64,000 nt of DNA, from positions 25,188 to 89,187 of the forward strand of contig CAZRCG010000010.1 of the NCBI GenBank assembly GCA_964598565.1. The letters are read 5' to 3'. This DNA is from an uncultured Bacteriovoracaceae bacterium (GTDB lineage Bacteria; Bdellovibrionota; UBA2394). This document shows positions 1-8,983 of this stretch, in pieces. The notes under the pieces are model-generated. The model did no database searches, was not told the DNA's origin, and saw only the letters and a program-made list of their open reading frames with translations. The first letter of the stretch is position 1. The number at the start of each line of letters is the position of its first letter. The translations under genes were made by a program, and so were the position numbers.

Positions 1-1358
1 ATATCTGTGCCGCCACTCTCCGTATTTGGCGTATTGGAGCCTCCACTTTCGGGATTACTCGTATCGGAGCTGCCATTTTCAGTTTCTGGCGTCTCCGCTT
101 CACCGGGCGCGTCCGAGTTGTCTGGCGTCTCCTCGTTACCTGTCTCCGTTTCACCGGACACTTCAGTATTAGAAGGCGACTCTGTCTCGGCTATGTCTGA
201 ATCGTTGGGGGGACTGCTCTCTGCATGTTCTGGCTGCGGAGTTTCTTCCTGCGGCGATTCTGTTTCAGTGTCGGCAGTGATGGGGCCGGTTGTCCCGCTC
301 TCTGGTGTTAGGTCAGGCGCTGGGACAGATTCGTTCTCTGACACCGGCTCAGATTCCGGTACGGAGCCACTCTCTGGCACGGACCCACCCTCTGCTTCTG
401 TTTCAGGCGTAGATTCCAAATCTGGCTCTGGTTCGGGTTCTGATTCAGGCACCGGCGCTGGTGGTGTGGGCGGACTCGGTATTGAAAGAGTCGCCGTATT
501 TGAAAATGAGTCACTTCGTGAAACATTGAAAGCACGAACGCGGTAGGTATAGGTCTGACCTTCTTCCACCGTTTTGTCTAAATAAAATACTTGATTGCTA
601 GGGGTGGTGGCCAGATCGGTGAAGGTTTCGGCGTCGGTGGAACGTTCAACAATAAATCCATCTTCCCCTAAGCTATTGTCTGTCCATGAGAGAAGAATCG
701 AACGTTTACTCGCCAGACGAATGCTCAAATCAGTGGGAGCAGGGGGCTCCTTAAACTGCTGCAGAATAAACTCTGCGACATAGTCGGCTGCTTCGGCATT
801 GTCGATTCCTAACAAGTAATCATAGCGTTTGGTGGTTTTGGCTTCCTCCAAAAGAGTCGACAGGGTGGCAGAATCATTCGTGGCGACCACAATCTCGCGA
901 ATCAGGCTCCAGTTTTTGTTATCTTTGAGAGCCTGCATGAGTTCAAGGTTAGGAATGGAATGGGTGGTCTTTACAAACTCACGAACCGCACTTTCGACAT
1001 AGAGAGGATTTTCAGTGGATAGCAACTCCACCAGCTCACGGCTGACAGCATTGAGAATTCGTGTTTTTCCGATGAGCTCGCTTGCTTGAACCCGAACCGA
1101 CGAATTGATGGCGGCATACAAGACCTTGTCAGCTTGAAGTACTGCTAAGAGAGATTGCCGAAGGTCCGCCCGCCACGACAGATCAAGATTGCTTTTTAGA
1201 ATACGAGTCAAATCATTGAGGCCACGTCTTACCACAGCCACGTCTTGTATATACGCGATACGGTCGATAGCTCGCCGAACTTGTGTTTCGCTGACCACAG
1301 CAGTTTGATTGGTAGATGTTTGACTATGAAGAACGTCGTCGAAAAAACTAATCGACAT
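1..1358 (-). CDS. Partial CDS whose 3' end lies beyond the window start. Secreted HEAT-like repeat / fibronectin-III-like protein with a long acidic S/T/P/E-rich low-complexity C-terminal region.
   Basis: Open reading frame on the minus strand from ATG (1358..1356) to the window edge. It was not in the ORF track because no stop falls inside the window. The translation reads MSISFFDDVL..., then LSWTDNSLGEDGFIVERS...YTYRVRAFN (FN3-like), then a PE/S/T-rich tail. An upstream in-frame TTG at about 1400 would add a signal-like LNLRLLVICLFAFA. Confidence 0.55.
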   Translation of the reverse strand, partial: MSISFFDDVLHSQTSTNQTAVVSETQVRRAIDRIAYIQDVAVVRRGLNDLTRILKSNLDLSWRADLRQSLLAVLQADKVLYAAINSSVRVQASELIGKTRILNAVSRELVELLSTENPLYVESAVREFVKTTHSIPNLELMQALKDNKNWSLIREIVVATNDSATLSTLLEEAKTTKRYDYLLGIDNAEAADYVAEFILQQFKEPPAPTDLSIRLASKRSILLSWTDNSLGEDGFIVERSTDAETFTDLATTPSNQVFYLDKTVEEGQTYTYRVRAFNVSRSDSFSNTATLSIPSPPTPPAPVPESEPEPEPDLESTPETEAEGGSVPESGSVPESEPVSENESVPAPDLTPESGTTGPITADTETESPQEETPQPEHAESSPPNDSDIAETESPSNTEVSGETETGNEETPDNSDAPGEAETPETENGSSDTSNPESGGSNTPNTESGGTD

Positions 1359-1502
1359 GGCGAATGCGAATAGACATATCACGAGCAATCGTAGATTCAA
1401 GAAAGACCCCTTCCAGGTACTTTTATAGCAATTTCAAAAGTTTAGAGCGACAGAATTTTATTGAGAACCTAGAGTCGAATCGCACACGTCGGCTCCCCCT
1501 TC

Positions 1503-1531
1503 TTGTCAAAGTAGCTACTGGGGGCTACAAT
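1503..1531 (+). promoter_or_regulatory. Sigma-70-like promoter (TTGTCA - 17 nt - TACAAT) for the toxin-antitoxin operon. The 8-bp palindrome GTAGCTAC lies in the spacer.
   Basis: -35 TTGTCA at 1503-1508, a 17-nt spacer, -10 TACAAT at 1526-1531. The ATG at 1539 is only 7 nt downstream, so the mRNA may be leaderless or have a very short leader. The palindrome GTAGCTAC at 1511-1518 could be an operator. Confidence 0.45.
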
Positions 1532-1538
1532 CAAAAAT

Positions 1539-1838
1539 ATGGAAAAGGTTAGAAGCGTGGGAGTTAAAGAGCTTAAGAATAAATTAAGCGAATATTTAGC
1601 TCAGGTGCGCTTAGGAACCAGAATCCTTGTAACAGACCGTAATGAGGTCATAGCGGAACTTCAAAGCGCTCATTTGCCTAGGCGCTCTATAGAAAAGGCT
1701 CTTCCACTTCTGCAATTGTGGGGTCACGAAGGCAAAGTGAAACCCTCTCGACGCGCTCTGTCTAAACTCGGCGTTTCTCCGCTAAAGATCTCGAAAAGGT
1801 TATCTCATGATTTGATAAGAGAGACACGTGGCGACTGA
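1539..1838 (+). CDS. Type II antitoxin, Phd/YefM-like (VapB-type)
   Basis: The N-terminus VGVKELKNKLSEYL is typical of Phd/YefM antitoxins. It overlaps the downstream PIN gene by 11 nt. Confidence 0.7.
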   Translation: MEKVRSVGVKELKNKLSEYLAQVRLGTRILVTDRNEVIAELQSAHLPRRSIEKALPLLQLWGHEGKVKPSRRALSKLGVSPLKISKRLSHDLIRETRGD

Positions 1839-2256
1839 TATTCTCTATTTAGAAACCTCCGCTTGGTTGACTTGGTTGTTAGGGGAGCCTGAAAGCCTTC
1901 GTTTGCAGAAAATTTTGGACAAGGCGGCTGCGATTCTCACGTCTCGTCTCACCCTGATTGAGTGCGAGAGAGCTCTGATAGTGGCTGAAGAAAGTGATAG
2001 AATTAGTCCGGCGGACCGGATGAAGGCTTTAGGGGTGTGTCACCAGAAGTCTTCAGAGTGGGTAATTATGGAAATTCATGAAGAGATAGCGCTTAGAGCG
2101 TCTCAAAGATTTCCCATTGAGCCGGTACGTTCGCTAGATGCCATCCATTTGGCGACGGCCCTTCAATTTCTTCAAGCGGAGCCGACCCTGAAGGTCGTGT
2201 CACTTGATAAGCGAATTCTATTAAATTTGACCCCTCTTGGGTTGAAGAGTGTGTAG
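1828..2256 (+). CDS. vapC: Type II toxin, PIN-domain VapC-like ribonuclease
   Basis: 142 aa. An N-terminal acidic residue is present in ILYLETSAW. The motif DAIHLATA is typical of PIN domains. Overlaps the antitoxin gene. Confidence 0.75.
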   Translation: MATDILYLETSAWLTWLLGEPESLRLQKILDKAAAILTSRLTLIECERALIVAEESDRISPADRMKALGVCHQKSSEWVIMEIHEEIALRASQRFPIEPVRSLDAIHLATALQFLQAEPTLKVVSLDKRILLNLTPLGLKSV

Positions 2257-2281
2257 GGAATCTAGCGTTCCCATCTCACCT

Positions 2282-3181
2282 TCAGGCTTTCGTGCGAATA
2301 AAACGTAGGCCTACCAAAATAAAGCCTGCGCCTACAAAGGCATTCCAAGGTGGAATCGACCCAAAAAAAAGAAAATCAAATAAAAGCGCCGTCACAGGCA
2401 GAAGATAGGCGATGGCGCCCGCTTTTACCGAGCCTATTCCCTTAATCAACTGAAAGTAGAGGTAGAATCCAATCGCACTAGGAACAAGGCCCAAATAGAC
2501 GAGATAGAGTATCGCATCCAAATTGTTAGCGAGGGTCTCTGTCGAGACGAGAGGTTCGACGGTAAAGCTTATGAGCCCAATGAAGAGCGCGCTTACGAGG
2601 TGCTGATGCAAAGTCATGGTGAAGAGGGGGATATGATTTTGGCTGGTCAGAACTTTATGGCTGAGGACATTGCCGATGGCGTAGCAAACGGCCATCGCTA
2701 AAATGGCGAGGCCGCCGAGAAGCTCTTGGTCTTTGAGAGGCAGAGTCAAATCGTTGGCAAACACAAATATGATACCCAAAAAACCCAGAATTAATCCCAC
2801 CACAAGTTCTCTTTCGAGGCGCTTGGCTCGAAGTGAGGAGATGGCGACTTGAAACAGAGCCGTCCAGAGGGGGACGGTTCCATTGAGAAGACCAGCCAGT
2901 CCTGGTGCAATAAACTGCTCTCCCCAAAATAGAAAGGCAAAGGGCAGGCCAATCATGATGAAGCCTAATGGCCATATGCGCGCCATAGCCTGTCGACTAA
3001 TGAGAAGAGATTCGCCGCGGTAGAGACAAATTAACGCCAGCGATAAAGACGCGAAGGCCAGTCGAACTGCGGCAGCAAAGATAGGCGGCAAAACTTCGAC
3101 AATATGACGGATGACAATAAATGAAGCGCCCCAAATCAGACTTAGGACAACAAAATAAAGGACGACCTTATTTTTTCTCAC
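2282..3181 (-). CDS. EamA/DMT-family transporter
   Basis: 299 aa with about 10 hydrophobic spans. The N-terminus VLSLIWGASFIVI resembles EamA family proteins. Confidence 0.8.
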   Translation of the reverse strand: MRKNKVVLYFVVLSLIWGASFIVIRHIVEVLPPIFAAAVRLAFASLSLALICLYRGESLLISRQAMARIWPLGFIMIGLPFAFLFWGEQFIAPGLAGLLNGTVPLWTALFQVAISSLRAKRLERELVVGLILGFLGIIFVFANDLTLPLKDQELLGGLAILAMAVCYAIGNVLSHKVLTSQNHIPLFTMTLHQHLVSALFIGLISFTVEPLVSTETLANNLDAILYLVYLGLVPSAIGFYLYFQLIKGIGSVKAGAIAYLLPVTALLFDFLFFGSIPPWNAFVGAGFILVGLRFIRTKA

Positions 3182-3190
3182 AATTTTTTC

Positions 3191-4165
3191 TCACCAGCCG
3201 AGAACGTAGGCGAAAATCAGAGGTGCGACAATGCTTGCATCCGACTCAATCACAAACTTAGGCGTCGCAACCCCGAGCTTACCCCACGTGATTTTCTCAT
3301 TGGGCACAGCTCCTGAATAAGATCCGTAGCTTGTGGTGGAATCCGAAATTTGACAAAAATACGACCACAAGGGAATGGAGCGCTCCTGCAAATCTTGACT
3401 GATCATAGGCACCACGCAAATGGGAAAGTCTCCGGCAATACCCCCTCCAATTTGAAAAAATCCGATACGAGTATTCGCCGATGTCTTTCGGTACCAATCG
3501 GCAAGCTTAATCATATAGTGAATGCCGCTTTTTATCGTGGTCACATGTTTGATTTCGCCTGTAATGCAGTGGCTGGCGAAAATATTACCTAGGGTAGAGT
3601 CTTCCCATCCGGGAACAAATAGAGGGAGGTTTTTCTCAGCAGCCGCCAGGAGCCATGAGTTCTTAGGATCAATTTGATACGAATCTTTCAAAACGCCACT
3701 CAATAAAATTTGGTAAATAAATTCGTGGGGCAGGTAGCTCTTTGCTTCATGGTCGGCCTTCTTCCATTCTTTCAACACAAATTGTTCGATGCGACGAATG
3801 GCTTCTTCTTCGGGAATGCAGGTATCTGTGACTCGATTGAGATGTCTCTCTAAAAGCTTTTCTTCATCGCTCGAGGTTAAATCTCGGTAATTAGGAATTC
3901 TCACGTAGTGTTCATGCGCCACCAAATTGAAGACGTCTTCTTCAAGATTGGCACCTGTACATGTGATAGCATGAACTTTTCCCTGTCGAATCATTTCAGC
4001 GAGGGAAATGCCTAGCTCCGCCGTACTCATAGCACCCGCCATCGTGACGAACATTTGGCCGCCAGAATCAACTAAGCTCTTGTAGGCCTCTGCTGCATCC
4101 ACCAGCGTAGCCGCGTTGAAATGTCGAAAATGGGTGGTGATGAAATCGCTAATAGGTTTGGCCAT
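3191..4165 (-). CDS. Deoxyhypusine synthase-like protein (DHS / homospermidine synthase-like family)
   Basis: Contains MFVTMAGAMSTAELG and AITCTGANLEEDVFN, which are DHS-like motifs. Start chosen at MAKPISDF (codon at 4165..4163). The longer 393-aa ORF would overlap the divergent HDOD gene. Confidence 0.7.
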   Translation of the reverse strand: MAKPISDFITTHFRHFNAATLVDAAEAYKSLVDSGGQMFVTMAGAMSTAELGISLAEMIRQGKVHAITCTGANLEEDVFNLVAHEHYVRIPNYRDLTSSDEEKLLERHLNRVTDTCIPEEEAIRRIEQFVLKEWKKADHEAKSYLPHEFIYQILLSGVLKDSYQIDPKNSWLLAAAEKNLPLFVPGWEDSTLGNIFASHCITGEIKHVTTIKSGIHYMIKLADWYRKTSANTRIGFFQIGGGIAGDFPICVVPMISQDLQERSIPLWSYFCQISDSTTSYGSYSGAVPNEKITWGKLGVATPKFVIESDASIVAPLIFAYVLGW

Positions 4166-4247
4166 GGCGCAAGCATAGAAAGTGATGGCGCAACGCACAA
4201 GCAGAAAACGATTTAGTGATAGAGGCCATCTCATGCCACAATGATCC

Positions 4248-5090
4248 ATGGCCCAAAAGAGCCTCATGGTCGAAGCCCTCGAAGCAATGGAGACAACGCG
4301 ATCCTCGATGGCGTTTATGGAGGCGCTACGAATTTTAAAATCGCCCAAGAGTAATGCTGAGACCGTGGCCAAGGCGATTGAGTTTGATCCTAAGTTAACG
4401 AGTCATCTTTTGCGTGAAGTGAATTCGCCGTTTTATGCTCTCACCAATAAGGTCGAAAAACTGGATCATGCTATTTCTTTGCTTGGGTTTGATCGCATTG
4501 AAGAGGTATTGAATAAGGCTGCCGAAAGTCAAATGTTTGAGCACTCGGACAAGTCTTACCGTGATATGTTAGCCTTTAGACGCCACGGCGCCGCGGTGGC
4601 CTGCATTGCCGAGAAGTTGGCCGAAGAACTTAAACTCGATAAGCCAGAAGAATTTTTTGAAGCCGGCATGATGCACGATATTGGCAAATATTTGTATCTT
4701 ACCAAGTTCACCAAAGACTTCGATAAGTTGGTGCGGGAAGTTCGAGAAACGGGCGAGCCCATGTACAAAGTCGAGCGCAAGTATTTGGGCACTGACCACG
4801 CCGAACTCGGCGAACTGATGGCTGAAGCTTGGGGACTTAGCGATACGGTGCGAGCCGCCGTACGCTATCACCACGAGATCTCCGACAAAGAGCGCGATCG
4901 ATTAACGACCCGAGAAGCGATGATCGTCGAGCTGGTATCGTATGCCAATTTGTTGTCTCACTCGAATCGATTCGGAGGCCCAAGGGAGGCTCCTGAGCCA
5001 CCCGCCATTTTGACTCACGATGATGTGAGCCGCTGTATCACTCTGGCTCAGAGTCGCTTTGAAGAGGTTTCTCGAGAGCTCGATTTGTAG
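4248..5090 (+). CDS. HDOD domain signalling protein
   Basis: The block DPKLTSHLLREVNSPFYAL and the later HD-type MMHDIGKYLYL...HHE match HDOD. An alternative start at M4308 is possible. Confidence 0.7.
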   Translation: MAQKSLMVEALEAMETTRSSMAFMEALRILKSPKSNAETVAKAIEFDPKLTSHLLREVNSPFYALTNKVEKLDHAISLLGFDRIEEVLNKAAESQMFEHSDKSYRDMLAFRRHGAAVACIAEKLAEELKLDKPEEFFEAGMMHDIGKYLYLTKFTKDFDKLVREVRETGEPMYKVERKYLGTDHAELGELMAEAWGLSDTVRAAVRYHHEISDKERDRLTTREAMIVELVSYANLLSHSNRFGGPREAPEPPAILTHDDVSRCITLAQSRFEEVSRELDL

Positions 5091-5197
5091 GGGTTCTTTG
5101 ATATCTTGAGAGGCATCAGGCAGTTCCTAAAGATCAGATCTCTTTTTGAAGTTTTACTACGACATTGACTTTTTACCTTGGGCGCGAACAATGAATT

Positions 5198-7477
5198 ATG
5201 ACGAGCGCATCCAGCCCCGATACCACAGCAGATCTTGTTCAAAAGACTTTCGAGAAACTTCAAAAGAATATCCCCGTGCTGCGAAAGCGATTGAACCGAG
5301 CACTGACCCTTTCGGAGAAACTCTTATTGGGGCATTTAGAAGATCCCGAAAATCAAGCTCTATCGCGAGGAGAGGCCACGCTTCGTCTCCGACCCGATCG
5401 AGTGGCGATGCAAGATGCCACGGCTCAGATGGCCATTCTTCAGTTCATGCAGTCGGGCATAGAACGCGTTCTGGTGCCATCGAGTGTTCACTGTGATCAT
5501 CTGATACAAGCGCATAAGGGCTCCTCAGCGGACACTGCAACAGCCGTAACAACCAATAAAGAAGTTTACGATTTTTTGGCATCGGCTTCGAGTAAGTATG
5601 GCATTGGATTTTGGGGTCCAGGGGCCGGAATTATTCATCAGGTCGTTCTTGAAAAATATGGTTTTCCTGGAGCGCTCATTATTGGAACCGACTCCCATAC
5701 CCCGAACGGCGGAGGTCTAGGCATGTTGGCGATTGGCGTCGGAGGGGCTGACGCTTCTGAGACAATGGCAGGCCTACCTTGGGAAGTTTTGCATCCCAAG
5801 GTTATTGGAATAAAACTTACGGGCAAATTAAATGGATGGACCTCGCCGAAGGATATCATTCTGAAGGTCTGTGAACTATTGACCGTGAAAGGCGGTACCA
5901 ACGCGATTGTGGAATATTTTGGGCCGGGGGCCGAAAGTATTTCGTGCACTGGCAAAGGGACGATCTGCAATATGGGCGCCGAACATGGTGCAACGACCAG
6001 CGTATTTCCGTTTGATGCCTCGATGGATCGTTATCTGAGAGCTACCGAGCGCGCCGCCATTGCAGACCTTGCGGCTCGTTACAGCGACTTGCTGAAGAAT
6101 GATCCCGATGTCGATCAAAATCCTGAGGCGTACTACGACAAGGTATTAGAAATTGATTTAAGTTCCTTAGAGCCCCATATTTGCGGGCCTCATACGCCTG
6201 ACTTAGCGCGGCCCATTTCGAAAATGAAAGATGATGTGCAGAGCCATAAATACCCCGACGATCTCAAGGCTGGCCTCATTGGGAGTTGTACCAATTCGTC
6301 GTATGAAGATATCGAACGAGTGATGCATGTGGCTCGACAAGCCTTAGCGGCTGGCATTAAGTCGTCGGTTCCGTTGCTCATCACGCCGGGTTCTGAGCAG
6401 GTTTTCGAAACCATTAAACGAGACGGCTTTATGTCGGTATTTGAAGAGATCGGCGCGACCGTTTTGGCGAATGCCTGTGGGCCTTGTATTGGCCAATGGA
6501 AGCGCGACGATATTGCCAAGGGAGAGACCAATTCAATTATCTCATCTTACAATCGAAATTTTCCGGCGCGTAACGATGGCAATGCTCAAACGCTCTCGTT
6601 CATTGCAAGCCCTGAGGTCGTGATGGCGCTGAGCCTAGCGGGCAAACTTTCGTTTAATCCGCTGACCGATGAACTGAACACTCAGGGTAAGTCGTTAAAG
6701 TTAGAGGGCCCTTCGGCGGCTCATGATATTCCTACCAAAGGCTTTGCCATTTCCTGGAAGGGCTACCAGGCCCCATCAGCATCGGGTGCAGGCGTATCTG
6801 TTGTGATTGATCCGAAGAGTGATCGCTTGGCTTTGTTACCACCTTTTGAAGCTTGGAATGGTAAGGACTTTGTGGAGCTTCCTATTTTGCTCAAAGCGCT
6901 CGGAAAATGTACCACCGATCATATTTCACCCGCCGGCCCCTGGCTTCGCTTTCGAGGCCATCTCGACCGAATTAGCGACAATATGTTTTTAGGGGCGGTG
7001 AATGCCTTTACCAAAGAGGTCGGCAAGGGAACCAACGTGGTCGGTGGAGACAAGGGTCAGCCGTTTTCAGTTACGGCACGCGATTACAAATCGAGGGGAA
7101 TTCGTTGGGCTGTCATTGGAGATGAGAATTATGGGGAAGGTAGTTCTCGGGAGCATGCTGCGATGGAACCTCGATATCTAGGATGTGCCTTTGTCATTGC
7201 TCGCAGTTTTGCTCGCATTCATGAAACCAATCTTAAGAAACAGGGGCTCCTGCCACTGATGTTTGAGGACCCTCAGTTTTATACTCAGATTGAGGAATTC
7301 GACCGAATTTCGTTGTCGGGGTTGGCTTCGCTGGCTCCCAAGTCGCTCGTTCAAGCGCAGCTCAAGAAACCTGATGGGAAGGTAGTGGATTTTAAGCTTA
7401 AGCACTCGATGACTGCCGAGCAAGTTCGTTGGTTTCAGGCGGGTTCTGCTCTGAATGCGGCTCGAGTGACGCTGTAA
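5198..7477 (+). CDS. acnA: Aconitate hydratase, mitochondrial-type (AcnA)
   Basis: 759 aa. The N-terminus KLQKNIPVLRKRLNRALTLSEK and the motifs SVHCDHLIQA, GTDSHTPNGGG and NACGPCIG are typical of mitochondrial-type aconitase. Confidence 0.9.
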   Translation: MTSASSPDTTADLVQKTFEKLQKNIPVLRKRLNRALTLSEKLLLGHLEDPENQALSRGEATLRLRPDRVAMQDATAQMAILQFMQSGIERVLVPSSVHCDHLIQAHKGSSADTATAVTTNKEVYDFLASASSKYGIGFWGPGAGIIHQVVLEKYGFPGALIIGTDSHTPNGGGLGMLAIGVGGADASETMAGLPWEVLHPKVIGIKLTGKLNGWTSPKDIILKVCELLTVKGGTNAIVEYFGPGAESISCTGKGTICNMGAEHGATTSVFPFDASMDRYLRATERAAIADLAARYSDLLKNDPDVDQNPEAYYDKVLEIDLSSLEPHICGPHTPDLARPISKMKDDVQSHKYPDDLKAGLIGSCTNSSYEDIERVMHVARQALAAGIKSSVPLLITPGSEQVFETIKRDGFMSVFEEIGATVLANACGPCIGQWKRDDIAKGETNSIISSYNRNFPARNDGNAQTLSFIASPEVVMALSLAGKLSFNPLTDELNTQGKSLKLEGPSAAHDIPTKGFAISWKGYQAPSASGAGVSVVIDPKSDRLALLPPFEAWNGKDFVELPILLKALGKCTTDHISPAGPWLRFRGHLDRISDNMFLGAVNAFTKEVGKGTNVVGGDKGQPFSVTARDYKSRGIRWAVIGDENYGEGSSREHAAMEPRYLGCAFVIARSFARIHETNLKKQGLLPLMFEDPQFYTQIEEFDRISLSGLASLAPKSLVQAQLKKPDGKVVDFKLKHSMTAEQVRWFQAGSALNAARVTL

Positions 7478-7480
7478 GAG

Positions 7481-8161
7481 ATGAGCTCGACTGCCTTGCC
7501 AGAGAGGACTTTACCCGATCGTCGCAAGATGCTGGAGGATGTTCGTAGTCTTGAGAGATCCAAAAAGGTCATTGCTCAGGGGGTTCCTGAGTTTAAATTG
7601 AAACTCGTCAGTTCGTATTCTCTGGGCGCCGGGCTCTTTGCCTGTCTGGTGATTTTTTGGTGGTGGAGAATGCGGCTGAAGAAACGTCGATTCCAAGAGG
7701 AGTCTCTCGATTTTTCGAGTCGTGCTTCTGAAGGTCTGACAAAGTCGCGTGCCAGCCAGGGAAGTCGATCTCGGTCAAGCTTGCAGGGTGGTTGGCAGGA
7801 TTCGACAGACAACCACGATGACCTTTCATCAAGCGCTAAAGATCGACCTGTCGAAGCTCTTAAAGATCTAAACCCGGAGCAGAAAGCTCTTTTACGTGAG
7901 CGAAGCGATCAGGTTTTTTCGGGTGTGAGCATGATTCAAGATGTTGAGGTGCTAAAGCGAAATAAGGCTCTCGAGCTGCAGGAATCAAGCTCTGTGGGCG
8001 ATAGTGATGACGTCTCTTCGGTCGACAAAGTATTATTTGAATCAGAGCTGTCTCCCGTGGTTGAGGAGCACGCGAGCGATGGACATTTTTCGAAGCTTTC
8101 GCTGTCGGGCGACTTTCTCTTTGACGAGGATGACCATAAGAAAAATAGCGATGATGGCTAG
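7481..8161 (+). CDS. Hypothetical single-pass membrane protein with an acidic C-terminal tail
   Basis: 226 aa starting 3 nt after acnA. One transmembrane helix (LGAGLFACLVIFWWW). The tail is rich in S, D and E. Confidence 0.45.
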   Translation: MSSTALPERTLPDRRKMLEDVRSLERSKKVIAQGVPEFKLKLVSSYSLGAGLFACLVIFWWWRMRLKKRRFQEESLDFSSRASEGLTKSRASQGSRSRSSLQGGWQDSTDNHDDLSSSAKDRPVEALKDLNPEQKALLRERSDQVFSGVSMIQDVEVLKRNKALELQESSSVGDSDDVSSVDKVLFESELSPVVEEHASDGHFSKLSLSGDFLFDEDDHKKNSDDG

Positions 8162-8228
8162 TCTGACAAACGACTAGGATGACTCCAGTCTGAGCCGCCT
8201 TACGACGAAGTATTACGATTTATTCGGG

Positions 8229-8897
8229 TTAAGGCACCAAATTGGTGAACTCAATGGTCATCGAATTTTTTAAACGAGGAGCCTGGCCATTGGTTTCTTG
8301 AGTGCCGAGCCCGCGTTCAAGGTGGGTATTCAGGGTATGTCCTGGGGGAGGATCTGAAGGGCCTTGGGCAGGGGCCAACATGGCATAACTAGCCTCAGCG
8401 CCGAATATTCTTCCCAGTATATTCCACAGTCGATCGCCGTCTAAATCGGCGAATACGGCTGCGAAAGCGTAGTCGGTATCAGGCCAGGTTGCAAAGGTCA
8501 CATGGTTGGGCGTCGTGCAAGCGCCCTCATCCCACATGCCAAAGCCGTAAACCTCGAATGAAAAATAAGTCGGTCCGGATACATAAAAACCCAGAGTTGA
8601 ATAGTTCGCGTTTGTAACAAAGGGCTTTTTGAGTGGGGAGGGGAAATCAGGACTGCGTGCTGCCAGTAAATAACAGGCGTTCAATGGGTCGCCATTGGCC
8701 GCGGTGCGAGGGCGCAGAAAAAACTCAATTTCCCGCCGTGTGAGATCGTTTAAAAGCAAGACTGCCTCAGCCATTTTGCTTCGCTGCGTGTAAGCCATAT
8801 AAGAGGGAAGGGCAATAGAGGCTATCACCCCCAATACCGCTATCACCATCATGAGCTCTAGAAGAGTAAAGCCTCTATCTTTTTGAAACAGTCGCAT
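8229..8897 (-). CDS. Type IV pilin-like (prepilin-type N-terminal methylation) protein with a large C-terminal domain. Paralog A.
   Basis: MRLFQKDRG|FTLLELMMVIAVLGVIA is a canonical prepilin cleavage and methylation motif. Start at the internal M (8897). Confidence 0.65.
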   Translation of the reverse strand: MRLFQKDRGFTLLELMMVIAVLGVIASIALPSYMAYTQRSKMAEAVLLLNDLTRREIEFFLRPRTAANGDPLNACYLLAARSPDFPSPLKKPFVTNANYSTLGFYVSGPTYFSFEVYGFGMWDEGACTTPNHVTFATWPDTDYAFAAVFADLDGDRLWNILGRIFGAEASYAMLAPAQGPSDPPPGHTLNTHLERGLGTQETNGQAPRLKNSMTIEFTNLVP

Positions 8898-8983
8898 CTG
8901 GCCATTATAACAGACCCTTTGGTGCAACAAGCTCTCCCATCAAAAAAAAACAATATTTACAGATGGTTCGCGGGCACAGCACC

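Noticed and set aside
2257-2273. GGGAA-N7-TTCCC hairpin between vapC and the convergent EamA gene
   Set aside because: It is only a 5-bp stem with no T-run. Too weak to call a terminator.
3191-4372. Long 393-aa version of the DHS-like ORF
   Set aside because: The N-terminal 69 residues are non-homologous and overlap the divergent HDOD gene. The internal Met gives a DHS-typical length.
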